A stretch of 64,000 bases of DNA from Veleropilina oligotropha (taxonomy: Eukaryota). A program made the position numbers and the translations under genes. Location: positions 1 through 64,000 of the forward strand of contig JBEUKZ010000130.1 in NCBI GenBank assembly GCA_048128005.1, given 5' to 3'. Shown here one piece after another: positions 48,115 through 58,800 of this stretch; within the stretch, counting starts at the first letter, position 1; every line of letters starts with the position of its first letter. Under the pieces are notes generated by a model. It made no database searches. It saw only the letters and a list, made by a program, of their open reading frames with translations, and was not told the DNA's origin.

Positions 48115-49398
48115 ATGGCTAAGAGCGCCTTTGCGTTTAATAGGAGTGCGGCCTATCCGACCGGTGTGGTGTACCCAGCAAAGATCAAAGATGAGCAGCT
48201 TACGAGACCAAGCATCAATGTGGGTAATAGCTCAACCACTACATTCGGGGCAACATACCCTGACGTCTTTCAGAAATACCGCCTCCCTCATGTCGCTAGT
48301 GACGGGCTGATAAGGGATTGGAACAGCACGCCGATGAGGTTCTGGCAGAACAAGGTCAATTTCGCAGTTTGGTGTGCCACAACAGGTTCCGGAATCTCCT
48401 CAGAAGACCACTTAAATGCGACCGACCCCCTCTCCACTGCTGTATTCACCTTCCACGTCTACTATCAGGTCAGACGAATCTTATCCGAAATTCAGGCGCC
48501 GCTGCCACAGGACCGGACGTGGGATGCATTCGACAACCCGTATGACCGCAGGGCATATGAGAAGATCTGCAGCGAATTTGGGGTGTCTCCCCATACCGAC
48601 TGGCGTGTCAAGGGTCCCAACGGCGGACTAGGCACCGCTTACAGCTACTGGACGAACAACGGCTACCACCCCATCGGACGTGACTATGATCCAAGCCGAA
48701 TGTCCTTCACCAAAGGTACGACCAACACGAATCTGCACGTGGACTACATCGCGCAAGCGCCTGCACTTAAAAACGGTTGGGCTACTTTTATTCTGGACAG
48801 GTCGGTGGGATTCACGAGGGCCGGCGTGGAAAGGCTCAATGATTCCATCAGGACCTACGTCTGGGCTATTCTTGGAGCGCAGGCTCAAACGCGTGCAAGT
48901 ATTCTGGGTAGTGGGACGGCGTTTGACGCACAGAAACAGTTCCTGGCGAACGTGGAAGACGCCATCGCATCCCCCGTTGACCTCCCTGCTGCGATCAAAC
49001 GGTACCAAGAGGTGCTCCAGTATGCGAGGTCCAAAGTGGACTTCGTATTCGGCGTTGGCCTGTACATGGCGCCAAGTAACATGCTTCTACGGATCGGGCA
49101 GGTGGCTGGTTATAACAATGAGATCGTCGTCGCCACGGAAGACCAGACACTCGGTCTTAATACTACGGTGAACGCGGCCAATCCTGTGCCGCCCAACGCC
49201 ACTGGGGATACTGGAGAAACAGGACTGGTTATTCCACAAGACGCAGATGCAAGCATACCGGTAGTTACTCCGAAGCATCCAAGCTCTCTGCCAGCTGTGG
49301 CCTCAGTGGCGGCTGTTCCAGCGGCACATGACGAGGAGAAAACCGCACTTATCGTGGGCGGCATTGTCGTTGGCCTAGCGTTCATTTGGCTTACGTGA
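48115..49398 (+). CDS. Hypothetical 427-aa protein with C-terminal membrane anchor
   Basis: Long intact ORF; terminal ALIVGGIVVGLAFIWLT after a Pro/Ala-rich linker. Confidence 0.75.
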   Translation: MAKSAFAFNRSAAYPTGVVYPAKIKDEQLTRPSINVGNSSTTTFGATYPDVFQKYRLPHVASDGLIRDWNSTPMRFWQNKVNFAVWCATTGSGISSEDHLNATDPLSTAVFTFHVYYQVRRILSEIQAPLPQDRTWDAFDNPYDRRAYEKICSEFGVSPHTDWRVKGPNGGLGTAYSYWTNNGYHPIGRDYDPSRMSFTKGTTNTNLHVDYIAQAPALKNGWATFILDRSVGFTRAGVERLNDSIRTYVWAILGAQAQTRASILGSGTAFDAQKQFLANVEDAIASPVDLPAAIKRYQEVLQYARSKVDFVFGVGLYMAPSNMLLRIGQVAGYNNEIVVATEDQTLGLNTTVNAANPVPPNATGDTGETGLVIPQDADASIPVVTPKHPSSLPAVASVAAVPAAHDEEKTALIVGGIVVGLAFIWLT

Positions 49399-50707
49399 CC
49401 CACTGTCTAGCGGCAATAAGAAGCAAGCCCCCAACTGATATGACCAGTGCCCATAGGTTTTCAGCGAGCCACGATGCTGTCTTGCCAATCAGGTTGATTA
49501 GCCAGGAGACCAGGCTTCCAAGTATTCCTGGGAGCACGGCTGCGGCCTTCCCTGCTAGCTTGCCCAGAATCCGACCCAGGGTCTTCAGCTGCTTTTTTAC
49601 CCACTCCTTGACCCCGCCCTGACCACTGGGAGGTGGTGGTGGCGTTGGCGGGCTTGTTGCTCCACCTGTCAGGGCTAGTACCAAAGTCGAGATGGCGAGC
49701 CCGATAGCGGTGAGTATTGTTGCGATCGTGACCCCTTGCTCGCGGAACAGGGTCCGGATACGCTCGGCCAGCGTTGTGTCGGTGTTCAGGATCCGACTTA
49801 TCATCTCTCGGATCCGGCTGATTTGAGAGCGAAGGGCCTCCCGGCTTGATGATGCTGCCTCTAGGCGAGCTGCTCTTTCATCATTCAGGTCGCGCAGACG
49901 TTCCGCGATCCGTCGACGGATGAACTCATCCACACCGCCCTCTTCATCTGCCTGATCGAGCTTCATCTTCTCCAGCTCTATGTGTTCGTCCAGCGCCGTT
50001 AGTTTGGCTAGATTGTTGGTTAGTTCGCCTCGGATGGTCTGCATCGCCTTGTCAAGTCCGCGAAGCTCGCGAAGATTTAATGGAGGGTCCCCCATTGTGC
50101 CTAAGATCTCTTCAACCTCGGTATCAGTGAATTTCGTCTCCATCGTGTGGATTGCTACCGAGGCATCAGTAGCAGTCTGCCCCAAGTCCCGCAGTTCTAC
50201 GTTTTCGACATTAGCGGCCGCACCGCTCAACTCAGTGTCGGCTGCCTGAAGAACTGCAACCGCTTTTGAGGCCAGCTTTTGTCGTCCCCCTACCCGCTTC
50301 CAGTTTACAAAACCCAGATCTCGGATGGCATCACCCCCACCAGGCCGGCCAGCTATTGTTGATAACGCCAAGGGGTTGCCGGTGCGAGAATTTATGAGAT
50401 TGATGTCGGGGTAATCCGTCATCACCAATTTTCCCCCCCTCCCTAATTTTCCCCTCACATACTTGAATTTTGAATAATCTCGCCCTGCGGCTGGGGTCTG
50501 CCCCTCCTGTGCCAGGGCTTTGTAGTAGTCGTCAACTACGCCCTGAACGAGCTCTTGCTGAAGACTGCTGGTTCCTTCCTGTGGCCGTTCCGAAAGAACA
50601 GGCATAAACCGGTCGGTGGATAGATCCACATCAGTATCGTCGATGATGGTATCATCGTTGTCGATGAGATCGTCCGGCTCGAATGCGGGGTTCTCGAATT
50701 CCGCCAT
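49391..50707 (-). CDS. Hypothetical 438-aa coiled-coil membrane protein
   Basis: Acidic N-terminus (FENPAF), long coiled coil, TM segment VTIATILTAIGLAISTLVLAL, amphipathic/hydrophobic C-terminus. Confidence 0.75.
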   Translation of the reverse strand: MAEFENPAFEPDDLIDNDDTIIDDTDVDLSTDRFMPVLSERPQEGTSSLQQELVQGVVDDYYKALAQEGQTPAAGRDYSKFKYVRGKLGRGGKLVMTDYPDINLINSRTGNPLALSTIAGRPGGGDAIRDLGFVNWKRVGGRQKLASKAVAVLQAADTELSGAAANVENVELRDLGQTATDASVAIHTMETKFTDTEVEEILGTMGDPPLNLRELRGLDKAMQTIRGELTNNLAKLTALDEHIELEKMKLDQADEEGGVDEFIRRRIAERLRDLNDERAARLEAASSSREALRSQISRIREMISRILNTDTTLAERIRTLFREQGVTIATILTAIGLAISTLVLALTGGATSPPTPPPPPSGQGGVKEWVKKQLKTLGRILGKLAGKAAAVLPGILGSLVSWLINLIGKTASWLAENLWALVISVGGLLLIAARQWVT

Positions 50708-50742
50708 TTGAATACATCAGTGGGATACGCATCTAATTCAGC

Positions 50743-52045
50743 CATGACTAGCGTATACGGACGCAAGCTTAATCCATACCGCAGGCTGCGTGAGCCCCTC
50801 GCAGTCAAGGGCATCCGCCAGTCGGTCACGATTACAAACAATCCATCAACGATTGCCCCGAACCAGCAGCTCCTGGTTCGGTTCCCTAATCTCGGGGCGA
50901 ATGACGTGATCGTTCCAGGGACTGCCCACCTCGCATTTACCATCTCACTGACCTCGGTAAATGCGAATAGGACTGTAGTGCAAAATATCGGCCGTGCCGT
51001 GATCAGAAAGACCACGATAAAGATAAGTGGAAACGAGATCATGTCGATTGACGACTCCGACGTGTACCACTGCTACTGCGATCTCTGGAAGACCACCGGG
51101 GAGCGCAAGAACGCCCAGTACCAGGGGATTGATACCAGCGATGGGCACAACACTACGAAGCATCGTGTTGGTGCGGCAGACGCCTTTAGACTGTCTGAGG
51201 ATGTCGCGGTCGCGGCCGCGTACGGTAACCGATTCCGCATCCCGCTGGATTTCGAGCTGTTGGAAAGTCACATGCCATTCTATCAAAGCGCCCTTGGAGA
51301 CCGTCTCGAGTATGAGCTAACGTTCAACGACTACTCCCGGACTATCCGGGAGACGGACGACTCCGGTTCCAGCTATTCCATCGACAATATATCCCTCGAA
51401 TATGACATGGTAACCCAATCCGAGCTTGCCAGACGGATTCGAAATCAATACCAGGGTCAACTCGTAATCCTGTACGACCGTGTTCTCCGGCATCGGAAGC
51501 TCACCCTAGACAAGAGCGACTCGTTGTGGAATATGAATGTGAACGTACCGGCGAGGTCGATGAAAGGAATACTACTGTTGTTCGAGGACCCTGCGAGAGA
51601 CGCCGCGCCATTCTCTCGCGATACTGAGGCCTTCTATAATCCGAAGATCACAAAGGTCGAGGTCACAATCGAGGGTGTCCCGAATCAAATCTACAGCCAG
51701 GGCATGCGAACATACCAGATCTGGGAAGAAGCCAAGAAAATGTTCGCCTCCGGCTGCAGCAAGCGGCATCCTGAGGTCGCGATGGTCGCAAAGGACTTGG
51801 AGATGGCAGACGTCACCCTGGGCGAATTTCTGACTAAGAAATTTGCGCTCTGGATCGATATGCGGGTAACTGACGATGATCAGTTGCACGGGTCAGGCCG
51901 GAGGGTCGAGAACGCCAGCGAAGGCATTACTATTCAGATCACTAAAACAGCCGAAGCGGCCGGTCCACTGAACGTCTACGAGTTCGTGATCATGGATGCA
52001 CAGCTGAATATCGAGAATGGCCGATTCGTCGAAGCACTGTACTAA
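50743..52045 (+). CDS. Putative major capsid protein (double jelly roll)
   Basis: ~434 aa, beta-strand-like alternating pattern, directly upstream of the packaging ATPase in a TIR element that also has a penton; call is contextual. Confidence 0.65.
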
Positions 52046-52649
52046 ACGATTTCCGCACACCAAGGACCCCCACTCCGCAATCATCTGCGGCCAGACGGGC
52101 TGTGGGAAGACGGTTTTCATGCTTGAACTGCTGGAAGGGGAGTATCGAGGCGTCTTCCGGCATATCGTGGTCCTCTGCCCCACGATCAAGTACAACAAAG
52201 CATACCAGTCTTGTCCGTGGATCTGGACCGACCCTGAGGTGTATTTAGTCCCCCCGGGTGAGCGACTCCATGACTGGCTGCGGGGGTTCTACCGACTGTT
52301 CCAGGGGGAATCAACTTTATATATCATCGACGATTGCTCCGCGAGCAAGGCTATGGCAAAGAGGAGGGACATGCTGACTTTGTTGGCCTTCAGCGGCAGG
52401 CATGCTTCCCAGAGCGTATGGGTAGTGACGCAAAAGTACAACTCGGTCTTGAAGGAGCTCAGAGAGCAGACCCGCTGGGTCGCGCTGTTTCACTGCAAGG
52501 ACCGCGACAGTTTCGAGGACTGTCTGCGCGAGAACGATGTAATCCCGTCGCAGGATGAACGGACCGCGGTTCGCCGGCTGTTGTCCGAGACACGACACGC
52601 TAAGCTTCTGTTGAAAACTGATCAGCCCGTTGCTTATAGTGTGCTTTAG
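52017..52649 (+). CDS. A32-like (FtsK/HerA) genome-packaging ATPase
   Basis: Walker A GQTGCGKT, Walker B YIIDD, GRH arginine-finger motif, VTQ sensor. Confidence 0.9.
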   Translation: MADSSKHCTKRFPHTKDPHSAIICGQTGCGKTVFMLELLEGEYRGVFRHIVVLCPTIKYNKAYQSCPWIWTDPEVYLVPPGERLHDWLRGFYRLFQGESTLYIIDDCSASKAMAKRRDMLTLLAFSGRHASQSVWVVTQKYNSVLKELREQTRWVALFHCKDRDSFEDCLRENDVIPSQDERTAVRRLLSETRHAKLLLKTDQPVAYSVL

Positions 52650-52680
52650 CATCTGCCTAGCATCTACAGCACTACCTAGC

Positions 52681-53421
52681 ATGTCGGACGCTGTATATCT
52701 AGCTTTTGCTTGCAGCCAGAGCCTAATCTTGCTCCTACTCGCAACGTTATGGTATTGGCATTATCGCTATATTAGACTGACGAGGAGATGTTGGAAACGC
52801 TTAAGGATGGACAGCCTCATCGATCAACTTATGGATGACGAACAAGAAATGACCGTGGCCGGGCCACCCCGCTCGATGCCCGAGGACCCTAAAACCGGCG
52901 TAGCAGAGAAACGGGAGAGGCTTGCAGCATTAGCCATTGGAGGACGGGCAGGCAAATACTTGGGGGGGAGCAACCTCACAGTTGACCGAATCGACGCTAT
53001 GACCGACGAAGAGGTTGAAAAACACTACGCACGGTATGAAGTGAGGTTAGGTGCGGAGATGACGAAGACCCTGGGGACTGCAGCTATAAACCTCTATGCG
53101 GGGGCAGCTGGGATGCTCTTGCCCATCCCACCACAAAATCAGCTACGTTTGATCGCTGACCTCGAGGCCGACCCTTTCATCTCACATGCGCTGTGCACTG
53201 CAAGCTGTGAGCTGTATCACAAGTACGGCATGTACCTCGCACCGCTGACCGCAGCGTTGACCACGGCTAAGCACTGCCGATTTGGACACGTCTGCCCGCC
53301 TAAAATACCAGAGCGAGATCAAGATGACAACGCAGGAAGTGGACCAAACGATGTCGAGCCAGCCGATCGAGAGCCAGCCGATAGAGAGGGTGACTTCATC
53401 GACAGACTCATCAGTGAGTAA
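52681..53421 (+). CDS. Hypothetical protein (start could be 52681 or ~52807)
   Basis: Intact ORF in the packed plus-strand cluster; N-terminal hydrophobic segment if the first ATG is used. Confidence 0.65.
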   Translation: MSDAVYLAFACSQSLILLLLATLWYWHYRYIRLTRRCWKRLRMDSLIDQLMDDEQEMTVAGPPRSMPEDPKTGVAEKRERLAALAIGGRAGKYLGGSNLTVDRIDAMTDEEVEKHYARYEVRLGAEMTKTLGTAAINLYAGAAGMLLPIPPQNQLRLIADLEADPFISHALCTASCELYHKYGMYLAPLTAALTTAKHCRFGHVCPPKIPERDQDDNAGSGPNDVEPADREPADREGDFIDRLISE

Positions 53422-53698
53422 AAAGGACCCGAAAAAAGTGGCTGCAGGTCGGGCTGGCGCTGCTGCTCGAAAAGCCAAGCAGGAGAAGCTACTGGCCGCG
53501 GTTCGAAAAATGAAAGAAGACCTGAGTGCCCCAACAAGTGTTGTCGTTCCATCAGAACAGCCCGGGGAGGCGGTTCCAGCCGCAGAAAGACCGCGTGCGC
53601 CAGATACACGGAAATCGGACCTATTTAATTGGACCCAGGTAGCCGTCGCTGCCGGTACGGTTGCGTTGGTATTTGTTGTCTGGAAGACGTCCTCATAA
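53324..53698 (+). CDS. Small basic tail-anchored protein
   Basis: KKDPKKVAAGRAGAAARKAKQ basic motif; C-terminal VAVAAGTVALVFVVWK. Confidence 0.7.
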   Translation: MTTQEVDQTMSSQPIESQPIERVTSSTDSSVSKKDPKKVAAGRAGAAARKAKQEKLLAAVRKMKEDLSAPTSVVVPSEQPGEAVPAAERPRAPDTRKSDLFNWTQVAVAAGTVALVFVVWKTSS

Positions 53699-53840
53699 CG
53701 CAGCAACCCTGGTCCATCCACACCACATCAACAGCCACCAGACGCGGACGCTCGGTGCTCTCGGGCCGCCCCCACTATCGAATTGAAGAAGCAGAACCCT
53801 TTTCATATGCAATAGTCGCAAACGGTACTAATCAACAGTT

Positions 53841-54080
53841 ATGACTACCCCAATCACTGATGGAAAGATGCTCGGCAACGCTGTATACCATGCCGCTATA
53901 GTGTCAGGCCTCGCCATTGGCTACGCACGCCTGACAAAGATGGTATTCAAGGGAGCGAGCCCCAAGCTGGACTTCACGGGTTACGATGTTGGGATGGTCG
54001 TCCTCGACGTAGCGCTCGCCATGGCGACGAAAGACATGCTGATCAAGCAAGGCATCATACCGGCCGACGTTTTGAAGTAG
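53841..54080 (+). CDS. Small hydrophobic 79-aa protein
   Basis: ATG start, two hydrophobic stretches, fits the gene packing. Confidence 0.65.
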   Translation: MTTPITDGKMLGNAVYHAAIVSGLAIGYARLTKMVFKGASPKLDFTGYDVGMVVLDVALAMATKDMLIKQGIIPADVLK

Positions 54081-54111
54081 TGGGACCTTGCTAGATAATC
54101 GCAGCATTTCA

Positions 54112-54540
54112 ATGGCTTCCATTGCGATGCTGGTTGGGGGCGCTCTCGTCAACGCCCTCGCCTTCAGCGGCTCGAACTTCCTCTTCTCGAAGCTACGCAG
54201 CTCCGGTGTCGATGCGGAGCGTAAACGCCACGACATTGCTGTAGAACAGCTCAACGCTGCTCAGACTAAATGGTCACAACAGAGGGCAGAGCGTCTCGAC
54301 TGGCTGAACGTTGAACTTCGCCGCCAGGGTCATGCCGTTGGCACATTCCGGGATGTTGACGCCGCGATCCGTGAGTATGCATTGATCACCGGCAAGAACC
54401 TTGACCCCGGCCTGGGGGGTGGCCCTGAGCCCGCCCTGTCTGACTACTACACACCGAGCGATGGCCAGAAGGGACGTGAGATCACCTTCATCATCCTGGG
54501 GATGGCTGCGACCGGGTTGGTCGCCTACAAGCTCGCCTAA
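54112..54540 (+). CDS. Small protein with N- and C-terminal hydrophobic helices and a central coiled coil
   Basis: MASIAMLVGGALVNALAFSGSNFLF...ITFIILGMAATGLVAYKLA. Confidence 0.7.
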   Translation: MASIAMLVGGALVNALAFSGSNFLFSKLRSSGVDAERKRHDIAVEQLNAAQTKWSQQRAERLDWLNVELRRQGHAVGTFRDVDAAIREYALITGKNLDPGLGGGPEPALSDYYTPSDGQKGREITFIILGMAATGLVAYKLA

Positions 54541-54794
54541 TTATTTCCAGTGGACATTTTTTTCATTGGCATGTATAGTAATGGGGCTCCCAGAAGAGCT
54601 GTACTGCGCTATGCTTGCGGTCGGCTATAGTACTACGTTACTCGACTGCTGGCGCCGCGACGAAAAGACTATGGTGCGGTTCGCGGTCCTGGTGCTCTCG
54701 GGCCCGACCAACCTACGGGCGACGACTGCGCAGCGACCGGCTCCGGAAGCTGAAGCCTGTTGGAGACTGATCAGTTTACTGGAATACATTGCTG

Positions 54795-55835
54795 ATGGAT
54801 AGTAAGCTTGCGAGGATGTACTACAGCCCTAAGGGCTACTGGAAAGGCATTGCCGCGATAAAGAAACTAGCTGACGCTGCCAAGGCGTCTGAAGTGGAGG
54901 CCCGGACATGGCTTAAGAGGCAGGCTATATGGCAGATCTATTTACCTGCGCCACGGCGGATTCCAAGACCAAAATTCGACGTCGTAACGCCAAACGAGGT
55001 TCACCAAGCCGACCTCCTGTTTCTCCCCCATGACAAGGTCAGACACAAGACCTATAAGTACGCTTTGACTGTGGTTGATGTGGCCAGTCGCTTTAAAGAA
55101 GCTGAGCCTCTGGCCACAAAAGAGGCCAAAGGGGTTGCTGAAGCTCTGTCTCGAATCTACAGGCGGAGTCCTCTTAGCTGGCCGAAATTGCTTCAGGTTG
55201 ATCCAGGGCGAGAGTTCATGGGGACGGTCTCCCAGCTGCTGGCAAAGAATAATGTCGAGGTTAGGCGTGGCCGTGTGGATCTCCATCGCGATCAAGGGAT
55301 CGTGGAGCGCTTCAACCGGACGCTCGCTGAGCGGCTCTTCGGGCACCAGTATGCAACAGAGATGAGTTTTACAGGGTCTGCGAAAGAGGGTCAAAGGTCA
55401 ACTGAGTGGGTCGCCAGGCTGCCCGCCGTTGTTGCGGCGTTGAATGGGGAAGTGACCAGGCTGACCGGTAAAAAGCCCAAGGACGCCATCAAGGCACCTC
55501 GCGTTGCACAAAATCCTTCTTCCACTGTTCCAGGCCGACAGGGGAAGGAACAGAAACTCCCCTCTGACGTAGATGTTCGATACCTATACCAACCCGGTGA
55601 GTTGGAGGGTGGTCGCCGGCGAGCGACTGACCCGGTGTGGTCTCTAAAAGTGCACAGGCTTGGACGCTCTGTCACTAAACCTGACGAGCCTGTGCTCACT
55701 ACTTGCTTGATGGACCACCGCGTGGGTTCGTTCGTGAGGAACTTCTCGTGGTGCCTCGTGACACCCAACTGCCGCCGGTTCTCAGGCATTAACAACCGCA
55801 AATCCTCTTTTTCGGTTACATTCAAGGCACGTTAA
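54795..55835 (+). CDS. Retroviral-like (rve) DDE integrase; probable frameshift near the C-terminus
   Basis: HQADL, YALTVVDVASR, LQVDPGREF, QGIVERFNRTL give the D-D-E triad. Confidence 0.92.
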   Translation: MDSKLARMYYSPKGYWKGIAAIKKLADAAKASEVEARTWLKRQAIWQIYLPAPRRIPRPKFDVVTPNEVHQADLLFLPHDKVRHKTYKYALTVVDVASRFKEAEPLATKEAKGVAEALSRIYRRSPLSWPKLLQVDPGREFMGTVSQLLAKNNVEVRRGRVDLHRDQGIVERFNRTLAERLFGHQYATEMSFTGSAKEGQRSTEWVARLPAVVAALNGEVTRLTGKKPKDAIKAPRVAQNPSSTVPGRQGKEQKLPSDVDVRYLYQPGELEGGRRRATDPVWSLKVHRLGRSVTKPDEPVLTTCLMDHRVGSFVRNFSWCLVTPNCRRFSGINNRKSSFSVTFKAR

Positions 55836-58800
55836 GCGCACGTTGTCGCGGATGTGGCCCCTGCGGTTGTCCACACGGTCGACACTGAACTGCTGTGTGT
55901 CTTTGGGCTGGTAGGCCCAGAGCAGCTCTATGTTGCATGCTGCGCATCGGTTGTTTTGGGCCTCTCTGAGCCGCAGGATGTCGTCGACCTTGAGGTTAAA
56001 CCCCGGGAGTCCCTTTGCCTGGTCCTGGCGCATGTATGCCACGAGCTTCCTCTGGATGGTTTTTCGGAGCTGCTGCTTGCTCTGCTGCGCTTGGGGCGGC
56101 CTGTCCTCAGAACCCTCATCTGGAGGACAGGTTACCCGCTCGAGCTGATGCAGATACTCCACCCGGGACACGGCTAGGTAGGCGAGATTACTCCACTGAA
56201 GGTAGTCGTCGATGATCCAGACTTTCTGTGGGTCGTGAATGGTAAGACCCTGGCTCGAATGGATGGTGAGAGCATAGCCCAGGCGCCAATCCGGGGTCAG
56301 GATAGCCTGCTCAGCGGCCTCAATCGTGACCTCAACGACGTCGTTGAGAACTAGCTCCTCTCTTTCATCGGTGCCCGGAATGGTTACCATGATATTTTGC
56401 TTACGGGTGTCCCTGGGGTGATAAAGGATAGGAACCTGGGAGTCTGGGAAGTGCTCCTTGTGCCTCTGGAGCAACAGCTGTTGAGCCCGTTCGCGGACCT
56501 TCTGACGGCTGGTGAGGATTAGGTCGCCTGGCCTCCAGGTGTTGACAAACCGATCCCATCCAAGGCAGCTGGGGAGACTCTTACGCATTTCCCCGCACTG
56601 GATTTTGTCGGGCTGGAGACGTATACGTCTTTTCAGGGCTTGGAGGGCAGGGTCGTCTTTCGCCCTGTAATCTACTTCGATCTCCTCATAGTAGTCCGCG
56701 GTCCTTCGCAGCCAATCGTGCGGCATCTCGCCCGTAATCGGTGGTGGCTGGCCTTGATCGCCACAGCAGATAACCTGCACTTCGTGCTGGCCCAGCCAGT
56801 CCAAGAACATCTCGAGGATGTGCCGCGGAACAGTACAGACCTCGTCCCAGATAATGACGCGGGGGATGAACTTCTGACCCATGCGATCAGGTGTCCAGTC
56901 AGTCTGGCTGCTCCATCGGAAGAAACTGTGGTAGGTCTGGGCTTTGACGCCTCTGGTTCGCATCTCTTTAGCGAGGCGGTGGGTTGGCGTGAATACAATG
57001 GGATTCCTTGCCCGGAAGAGCTCCATAGCTCTCGTAGTCTTGCCACAGCCCCCTCCACCATTGAGGTAACTCAGGCGATGGTGGGTCAGCGTGTCATTGT
57101 AGCAAGGCGCGGTGCTTGGCTGGCTGGAATTGGCGGCACAACAATACTCTGGCTTGGGCAGGTATGCGGCATGTTCCTGTGGCAGGTACAGCTGTTCGCC
57201 CTTGTCACGCCACTGGGCCGGTGCTAATGGCGGAAGGTACGGCTCCGCGATCAGACATGAGATGCACGATTTCTCACCACAGTCGCAGAGTCTGGGGGCA
57301 ACGTACACCGTGACATCATCGAGCTTCTCCAACGAGGCCTTCTTGAGGTAGATGCTGTCAGTGGCTACCCGGACAGCTTCTGCTGCACTGAAACGCTGAA
57401 GCATTGATAGGAGGTTGATGTGGGCATATGCCAGCATCGAGGCCCTCAGGTGGGCGTACTGAGGCTGGGAGCCATCATAGTACGTGAGGATGTGCCCCAT
57501 AGGGCACCTTTGAGGTGCGCCGACCAGGGTACCGCTTTGGCGGGTGTCTCTTACGAGGAAGTCCAGCTCACCCTGGTCAATCACAAGCCTCCGTGTCAAT
57601 CTTTTGCCATCAGCTTTGGCGCCTTGAGTGAATTTGCCGATAATGCTGCAGCCCTGGTCACGGTTCTCAGGAAGCCAGACCTCGAGTTGCTTTCTGAATG
57701 TGATGATAGCTTCTCGGATCTTGAGGCTCTTTAGCAGTCCAGACTCTACGAGGTAGGCGAGCAGCGCAGTGGGTGCCCAACCATTCTCTGCAAAGTGCTT
57801 GCCGAACCATGCGGGTATGACGGGGTGGATGTCTTCCGCGAACTCCCATTCCACGACCTCAGCAAACCCAGTACCGATTTCTTGGGGAAGAGGACCATTA
57901 ATTGCGACCCGCGTCATGCTGTGGGTTGGGTGTCCGAATCTTTCGAAATACGGCTTGGCCTCGCCCTGCCCCAGAAAGCTAGCAGGGTAGCAGGCTTTCA
58001 TATCGATGCAGCAGACATCGCCCGTATCATAGTTCATGGAATTCCACAGGCCACCATGACCGTGCTCCACGCAGGCCTTCTGGACGTCATCGAGCAGGCT
58101 CGCTGGGGTGGGTTTCCAGCCGTTCTTCTCTTTGGCCATAATGCTAGCTGCATGGTTCACGCCAAAGGCTCTCTCGGCAAGGGACTCATTCCCCAGCGCT
58201 GTACAGGCTTCCTGGAGTCTCTCGTGATCATCTTGTGTCCTGTACGTGCGACCGTCTTGCAGCACGAACTGGTCCACGCCGAGCTGTCGGTCTTTACCGC
58301 CAAGGAGCCAGACAGCTAATGGCTCATTCCGTGTGGCTTGTCGGATAGCTTCCCAGACATCGCCCTCGTAGATGTGGACCTCTCTACTTTGCGGGAAGTG
58401 CAGCTCCTTGGACCATGCATGGCCGTTGTGACATATGAGCTCTACTTTACCTCTCACCCCGCCTGTGGACCCACCAAACTGGTACTTCCCACTGTTGTAG
58501 ATGTCCTCACCAGCAATGTCTCTCAAGATAATCGCCCGTTTGAGGATCCTCTCAAGGCCAGCCACATCATCCACAGTGGCGCCTGTTACATGAACTCGCG
58601 CCTCCCACTCCTGTATTTTCTGCCGCCTGATTGGAGTGAGTCCGTTTCCTCGCAGGGCACCTTCGAAGTGCTCAACCACTCTCTGGGCAACGCAGTTGAG
58701 ATCGCCGTTCTTCATTGGAACCAGGTTGGCGGGGTTTGGTTCTCTGAGAGGATAGACGCCGTAGACGACTGCAGTAACCGGGTAGGCGTTCTCGTAGTAG

